NCBI GenBank assembly: GCA_963662615.2
Contig: CAXXSR010000001.1
Span: 480,001 to 544,000, forward strand
Source of the DNA: Dehalococcoidia bacterium
GTDB lineage: Bacteria > Chloroflexota > Dehalococcoidia > Bin125
Length of the DNA: 64,000 nucleotides
Reading direction: 5' to 3'
The notes beneath the pieces were generated by a model. The model was not told where the DNA came from. It saw only the letters and a program-made list of their open reading frames with translations, and ran no database searches. A program made the position numbers and the translations under genes. This document shows, piece after piece, positions 58,599 through 64,000 of this stretch; position 1 is the first letter of the stretch; each line of letters begins with the position of its first letter.

Positions 58599-59653
58599 TG
58601 GCCAACCGCGATCACTCCAGGGACCGACGCCCCATTGACCTGCGCAGCGACACCGTCACCCGGCCCACCCCGGCGATGCGCCGCGCCACGGCCGACGCCG
58701 AAGTGGGTGACGACGTCTTCGGCGAGGACCCCACCGTCAACGCCTTGGAGGCCGCCGCCGCCGCGCGCGTGGGCAAGGAAGCGGCGCTCTTGGTGCCCAG
58801 CGGCACCATGGCGAACCTGACCGCCCTGCTGACCCACTGCCGCCCGGGCGATGAAGTGCTCCTGGGGGACCGCGCCCACATCGTCCGCGCCGAGGTCGGC
58901 GGGGCCGCCCGCCTCGGCGGGCTCCTGCTCACGACCCTGGAGAACCTGGACGATGGCAGCGTGGACCCGGAGCGAGTCCGCACCGCGGCGCGCGGCGCCA
59001 ATCTTCACCATCCGCCCACCACGCTGCTGGCCCTGGAGAACACGCACAACTACTGCGGCGGCGCCGTGCTGTCGCTGGAGATGACCCGCATCCTCACGGG
59101 CGTGGCCCGCGACTTGGGCCTGCGCATGCACTTGGACGGCGCCCGCCTCTTCAACGCCCAGATCGCCACGGGCGTGCAGGCGGCGGAGCTGGCGGCCACA
59201 TTCGACTCGGTCAACTTCTGCCTCTCCAAAGGGCTGGGCGCGCCGGTGGGATCGCTCGTCTGCGGCGATGCCGACTTCATTGCCCGCGCCCGCAAGGTCC
59301 GCAAGATGCTGGGCGGCGGCATGCGCCAGGCCGGCGTCTTCGCGGCCGCCGGCCTCGTCGCGCTCGACACCATGGTCGATCGCCTCGCCGACGACCATCG
59401 CAACGCGCAGGTGCTCAGTGCCGGCCTCCGTGAACTCGGCTTGGAGGTGGATCCTGACCGCGTCGCCACGAACATCGTGGTGGTGCCGGTCGGTGACGCA
59501 CCGGCCTTGCAGCGCCAACTCGCCGAGCAGGGCGTCCTCATCACTGTCCTCTCCGACCGGCTCGCGCGGTTGGTGACCAGCGCCGAGGTCGAAGCGGCGG
59601 ACATTGACGAGGCGCTGGGCCGTATCGAAAGAGCGTTACGGGTCCCCGTTTGA
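58595..59653 (+). CDS. ltaE: Low-specificity L-threonine aldolase
   Basis: IDLRSDTVT, SGTMAN, LENTHN, HLDGARLFNA, CLSKGLGAPVGS and GGGMRQAG motifs. Confidence 0.97.
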   Translation: MMANRDHSRDRRPIDLRSDTVTRPTPAMRRATADAEVGDDVFGEDPTVNALEAAAAARVGKEAALLVPSGTMANLTALLTHCRPGDEVLLGDRAHIVRAEVGGAARLGGLLLTTLENLDDGSVDPERVRTAARGANLHHPPTTLLALENTHNYCGGAVLSLEMTRILTGVARDLGLRMHLDGARLFNAQIATGVQAAELAATFDSVNFCLSKGLGAPVGSLVCGDADFIARARKVRKMLGGGMRQAGVFAAAGLVALDTMVDRLADDHRNAQVLSAGLRELGLEVDPDRVATNIVVVPVGDAPALQRQLAEQGVLITVLSDRLARLVTSAEVEAADIDEALGRIERALRVPV

Positions 59654-60426
59654 TGGTGGGCGCCGGCGCCCTGCGCGGCTTCCTGCGGCTGCCCCTCCTC
59701 CTGGCGGCGAGCGTGGTCGCGACGGCCTGCGCCGCCGCGGGCGACTTTCCCGACCCCAGCAACCCCGTCACTTCGATCTCTTGGCCCGACTACGAGCTGC
59801 TCCGCTACCTGATCACCGACCAGACCAACGCGACGCTGGGCACCGCGGAGTTCGAGATCGAGCGGGACGGCGACGAATTCCAGATGCGCATCCTCTTCCT
59901 CCTGCCCGACAGCGGCGTGAGTGACGAAGTCTTCCTCCGCACGCGCGCCGACACCCTCAAGCCGGTGCGCTACTCGCGCCTCGCGACGAGCCCTGACGAA
60001 CGGATCGAGGCCGGCGGCGTTTACGGTCGCGACGCCGAGGGCCAGTCGATCGTGGACACCACGCTCGCTGAAAACGGCGAGCAGAAGCTGAAGCGGGTGA
60101 CGATCGGCGAGTTCGCCTTCGACAACGACTCCGCGGCCTGGCTCTGGCGCAGCATCGCGTTCGCGCAGGACTTCGGCGTCACCTACCGCTCCGTCAACGT
60201 GCGGCAGCAGCGCAGCCAACTGGTCCGGCTCCGCGTGGTGGGTCAGGACCTGGTTCGCACGCCCGCCGGCGAATTCCTGGCTTGGCAACTTGAGGTCTTG
60301 GGTGGAGCGGAAGTGCAGCACGTCTGGTTTCAAGTGGAGCCCCCGCATCGCCTGGTCCGCTGGGACCTGCAGCCGCGGCAGTACCACCTCATGGAGATCG
60401 TCACGCAGCGCCCCGCCGGCGATTGA
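59650..60426 (+). CDS. Exported beta-rich protein, probable lipoprotein (DUF3108-like)
   Basis: Signal peptide with ATAC lipobox; VRTPAGEFLAW motif. Confidence 0.7.
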   Translation: MMVGAGALRGFLRLPLLLAASVVATACAAAGDFPDPSNPVTSISWPDYELLRYLITDQTNATLGTAEFEIERDGDEFQMRILFLLPDSGVSDEVFLRTRADTLKPVRYSRLATSPDERIEAGGVYGRDAEGQSIVDTTLAENGEQKLKRVTIGEFAFDNDSAAWLWRSIAFAQDFGVTYRSVNVRQQRSQLVRLRVVGQDLVRTPAGEFLAWQLEVLGGAEVQHVWFQVEPPHRLVRWDLQPRQYHLMEIVTQRPAGD

Positions 60427-60442
60427 AGGCGACGCCCGCCGC

Positions 60443-61012
60443 TCACGATCCGCGCGACCAGAGGCAGCCGACGCCGGCCGCCCGCGTGCGCCCTTCCAGC
60501 GCCACGAGCTGATCGCGCAACTGTCCGTCGCGCCGCCAGGCTCGGGCCAGCCCCTCACCGATGAGCACCGCCTCCACCGACGTCCGCTCGGGCGCAGTGA
60601 AGGCGTAGCGCAGAAGCCGGCTTCCGTCGTCGTTTCGCGGTCCCGGCAGCAGCAAGAGCGGCGCGCCCACCGGCAGGAGCCCCGCCAGACGCAGGCGCGC
60701 CTCCTGGGCGCAGCGCTCTCCCCGTTCCGGCGCGTCCACGCCGAACAGCCGGACCCGCACGCGCGCTCCCTCCACGCTGGCGTCAAGCGTGTCGCCGTCA
60801 AGGATGCGCACCGTCCGTGCTCGCTCGAAGGCGCTGAGCGGGAGGTCGGCACGGTGTTGCGGATCGAGGCTGACGAAGCCGGCCGGCACGGTGGCGGCGG
60901 GCAGCTGGACGTGGTCGCCCCCGCCGCTGATCCCCGCCCGCGCCGCCAGCACGGCGATGGCGATGACGAAGGCGGCTGCCGGCAGGCCGACAAGGATCAG
61001 GCGCTGGCGCAC
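60443..61012 (-). CDS. Thermonuclease (SNase-like) family protein
   Basis: RILDGDTL, VRLFGVDAPE, RLLRY, LIGEGLA and GCLW motifs. Confidence 0.9.
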   Translation of the reverse strand: MRQRLILVGLPAAAFVIAIAVLAARAGISGGGDHVQLPAATVPAGFVSLDPQHRADLPLSAFERARTVRILDGDTLDASVEGARVRVRLFGVDAPERGERCAQEARLRLAGLLPVGAPLLLLPGPRNDDGSRLLRYAFTAPERTSVEAVLIGEGLARAWRRDGQLRDQLVALEGRTRAAGVGCLWSRGS

Positions 61013-61135
61013 TGGTGCGGCGTCCGTCGCGCGTCAAGGGGTCGGCGCGGCGGTGGGGTCGCCGCCCGCCCTCGCTGGCGCGCAGCGATCGTAGCAGGCC
61101 GGCCCCGCTGCTAGCCGCGTTGCTAGACTGCGGCG

Positions 61136-61750
61136 GTGCGCTGTCTTCTGATCACGCCGGACGCGCGCTTCGAACGTGAGCTGCGCGAGCGCGGCCCGGA
61201 CGATGTCGCCTTCACCGTCGTGGCGGACGCCGCGGCGGCCATGCGCGCCTGGGCCCGCGGCCGCTTCGCCGCCGCTATCTTGGACGCCGCCACCCCCGCG
61301 CCCGTGGCCCGGGAGTTCCTGCACTGGTGGAGCGCCGCGCCGGAGCGCGCCACGCGCAGGCTGATCCTTGCCGGCCCGGGCGAGGCGGCGCCGCCCCCGG
61401 GCGCCGCGCTCGCCGAGCGCAGCGCGGAGGGAATCGTCCGCGCCTTCTCCTCCCGCGCCGCCACCGTCATCGACACGCAGCGGCACGGCCTCAGCAGTCC
61501 CCAGGCCGGTGTCTCGCTGACGCCGTCGGAGGCGGCGCTGCTGACGTATCTCGTCGAGCGTGGCGGCACCGTCCCCACCGGGGAGCTGCTCCGCAACGCG
61601 CTCGGCTATGCCGATGACAGCTCGCCGGCCGTCGTGCGCACGCATCTGACCAACATTCGCCGCAAGTGCCGGCAGGCCGGTATGGAAGACCCCGTGGGCA
61701 CCGTCCGCCGCCGGGGCTACTTCGCCCGCGGCGTTGCGCTGCGCTCGTAA
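61136..61750 (+). CDS. OmpR-type winged-helix regulator with degenerate receiver-like domain
   Basis: LTPSEAALL, VRTHLTNIRRK and TVRRRGY effector motifs. Confidence 0.8.
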   Translation: MRCLLITPDARFERELRERGPDDVAFTVVADAAAAMRAWARGRFAAAILDAATPAPVAREFLHWWSAAPERATRRLILAGPGEAAPPPGAALAERSAEGIVRAFSSRAATVIDTQRHGLSSPQAGVSLTPSEAALLTYLVERGGTVPTGELLRNALGYADDSSPAVVRTHLTNIRRKCRQAGMEDPVGTVRRRGYFARGVALRS

Positions 61751-61758
61751 CGGCGCGG

Positions 61759-62298
61759 CTACGAGAACGGGCCGGTCACCCAGTCCCAGATCGCCTCCAC
61801 CGCTTCGACGGCGGTGAAGTCGTCGAGCCATCTGCCCTCGTGGAGCGCGAATTCCTGGAACTCCTTCAACGCCAGCAGGAACGCTCCCCAGCGCAAGACC
61901 GGGCCACGCTGAAAGCGGAAGCCGGGATTCCAGTGGGGCAGGCTGGCGACGAAGAGGAACCAGAACTCGAAGAGGTTGGGGAAGAAGAGCAGGACGAAGC
62001 GGTCGCCGCTCGCCTCGAAGGCGACGAACCCCACCAGGCGGAAGGCGAAGAGCCCCACAGCGATGCTGCGCGCCGGTCCCGTCCAGCGGTTCGCCACGAT
62101 CAGGAAGGTGACGAGGTAGACCTGGTCGAGGTACTTGTCGAAGCTCTGGTAATTGGCCACGCCCCCCAGGTCCAGCAGGTTGCGCCAGAAGAGGTCGCTG
62201 AGATCGACGAAGACGGCGATCAGCCCGCCCACGAACGCCCATCGCAGCACCGGCACGGATCCGGCTACGCGAATCGCGCCGATGACGAGCACTTCCAT
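61759..62298 (-). CDS. Integral membrane protein
   Basis: Several TM helices; YQSFDKYLD and FFPNLFE motifs. Confidence 0.8.
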   Translation of the reverse strand: MEVLVIGAIRVAGSVPVLRWAFVGGLIAVFVDLSDLFWRNLLDLGGVANYQSFDKYLDQVYLVTFLIVANRWTGPARSIAVGLFAFRLVGFVAFEASGDRFVLLFFPNLFEFWFLFVASLPHWNPGFRFQRGPVLRWGAFLLALKEFQEFALHEGRWLDDFTAVEAVEAIWDWVTGPFS

Positions 62299-62376
62299 GG
62301 ATTCAGCGTGCGCGGCGGCGGGCGCGCTGTCCAGGGGCCGCCGACGCTGGCGAGATCGCCGGCGTGATCGCCGGCG

Positions 62377-63051
62377 CTAGTAGCTGGAGACGTTGATCTC
62401 TTCCAGCTTGCCGGTGACGAGAAAGATGGCGCGTTCGCAGATGTTGGTGGCGCGATCGGCGATGCGCTCCAGGTTGTGCGACGCCCACAGCACGTGCGTG
62501 ATCACGTCGAACTCCTGCGCGTCGTGCGGCAGCCCCGCCAAGCGCTGGATCAGGTGCCGGTGCACCGTCTCATAGACCGCATCCACCTCGTCATCCAAGT
62601 CACAGGTCGTGCGGGCCAGCTTCACGTTGCGCTCCATGAACGCGGTGATCGCGGAGCGCAGCATCTCCTGGGCCTTTGCCGCCATCTCCCAGAGCGCCGG
62701 CTCCATGGTCGCGGTTGGATCTTCGCCCAGGAAGAGCACGATCCGCGCGATGCCTTCCGCGTGGTCGCCAATGCGCTCCAGGTCTCCAACGATGGAGAGG
62801 ATGGAGACCATCTCCCGCAGGTCGGAGGCCACCGGCGCCTGCAGCGCCATGAGATTGACCACGGCCTCTTCAATGGCGTAGCGCTGGTCGTTGATCTCGC
62901 GGTCGCCATCCACCACGGCGCGGGCCAGCGTCATGTCCCGCGTGCGCATCGCCTCCATGGCGTCGGCGATCGCCTTGTCCACCCGCGCCGCGAGCAGGCG
63001 GACGGCGTCCGTCGATTGGCCCAGCCCTTGGTCGAAGGCGGTGCGTGGCAC
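62377..63051 (-). CDS. phoU: Phosphate signalling protein PhoU
   Basis: QAPVASDLR, DLERIGDHA, DDEVD and LERIADRATNICE motifs. Confidence 0.97.
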   Translation of the reverse strand: MPRTAFDQGLGQSTDAVRLLAARVDKAIADAMEAMRTRDMTLARAVVDGDREINDQRYAIEEAVVNLMALQAPVASDLREMVSILSIVGDLERIGDHAEGIARIVLFLGEDPTATMEPALWEMAAKAQEMLRSAITAFMERNVKLARTTCDLDDEVDAVYETVHRHLIQRLAGLPHDAQEFDVITHVLWASHNLERIADRATNICERAIFLVTGKLEEINVSSY

Positions 63052-63098
63052 TGGGGACCCCCTTTGCCCGCGGGCGGCGGCGCGGCCGCCGCGGCGGC

Positions 63099-63995
63099 CT
63101 AGCCGTAGCGACCGGTGATGTAGTCTTCCGTCCGTTTCTCCTGGGGCGTCGTGAAGATCGTCCCCGTGGGGCCGTACTCCACCAGACGCCCCGTGCGATC
63201 CTGGCCCGCCAGCAAGAAGGCGGTGTAGTCCGAGACGCGAGCAGCCTGCTGCATGTTGTGCGTGACCACGATGATCGTGTACTGCTCCGCCAGCTCGCGC
63301 ATCAGGTCCTCGATTTTGAGGGTAGCAATAGGGTCAAGTGCGCTGGCGGGCTCGTCCATCAAGATGATGTCCGGCTGCACCGCGATGGCGCGGGCGATAC
63401 AGAGGCGCTGCTGCTGGCCACCGGACAGCGCCAGCCCGCTCGTCTTCAGAATGTCGTGCACTTCGTCCCACAGCGCCGCCCGCCGCAACGACGCCTCCAC
63501 CAGCGCGTCCAGGTCGCCCTTGAAGCCGTTGACGCGCGGCCCGAAAGCCACGTTGGCGTAGATGGACTTGGGGAACGGGTTGGGCTTTTGGAACACCATC
63601 CCCACCCGCCGGCGGATATCCACGGCGTCGACCTCGTCACCGAGAATGTTCTCTCCCTCGTAGTCAATCACGCCGCTCATGCGCGCGCTGGGGATCAGAT
63701 CGTTCATGCGGTTGAAGCAGCGCAAGAGCGTGCTCTTGCCACAGCCCGACGGTCCGATCAGCGCCGTGACCTTGCGCTTGGCGATGTCCAGTGAGATCGA
63801 GTCCAGCGCCTGGAACCGCCCGTAGTAGACGGAGACGTCGCGAAGCTCCAGCGCCAGCTCTTCATCCAGCTTGTGGATGACCGACGCCTGCGGTTGGTCG
63901 ATGGCGCCTCGCAGCGAGGCCGCGTCGTCCTGCTGAGTGCTCCGCTCAACCGTCACGGGATATGCCCTGCGCCCATGCCCCTGCTCCGTCCGCAA
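63099..63995 (-). CDS. pstB: Phosphate ABC transporter ATP-binding protein (start may be 63956)
   Basis: [47 protein letters not shown] and [10 protein letters not shown] motifs. Confidence 0.97.
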   Translation of the reverse strand: MRTEQGHGRRAYPVTVERSTQQDDAASLRGAIDQPQASVIHKLDEELALELRDVSVYYGRFQALDSISLDIAKRKVTALIGPSGCGKSTLLRCFNRMNDLIPSARMSGVIDYEGENILGDEVDAVDIRRRVGMVFQKPNPFPKSIYANVAFGPRVNGFKGDLDALVEASLRRAALWDEVHDILKTSGLALSGGQQQRLCIARAIAVQPDIILMDEPASALDPIATLKIEDLMRELAEQYTIIVVTHNMQQAARVSDYTAFLLAGQDRTGRLVEYGPTGTIFTTPQEKRTEDYITGRYG

Positions 63996-64000
63996 TTCCA

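Overview
GC-rich bacterial chromosomal window, most likely from a Chloroflexota (Dehalococcoidia-like) organism. That placement is inferred from the F420-dependent LLM and PPOX enzymes, the sortase plus LPxTG protein, the PAC2 protein and the unlinked 23S rRNA. Most genes are housekeeping or redox genes: ECF sigma/anti-sigma pair, Fe3+ ABC transporter, Zn-independent rpsN, aldehyde:ferredoxin oxidoreductase, ferredoxin and reductase, KtrAB, lspA-rluD-gltX, four tRNAs, NAD-linked formate dehydrogenase, yqeC/mobA, sortase, ltaE and phoU-pstB. The strongest hidden signal is a ferredoxin:thioredoxin reductase catalytic subunit whose third motif reads C-H-TGA. It is followed by a bacterial SECIS-like hairpin and 62 more sense codons, so it is probably a selenoprotein that the ORF track truncates. 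Other notable items: a stand-alone 23S rRNA with its own promoter and no adjacent 16S or 5S; a decayed island at tRNA-Glu with two related 8-Cys Zn-finger proteins; two cargo insertions bounded by duplicated 3' gene ends; an APH-family protein lacking both catalytic Asp residues; and several genes interrupted by frameshifts or in-frame stops (pseudogenes or assembly errors). All calls come from motif reading only; no searches were run.
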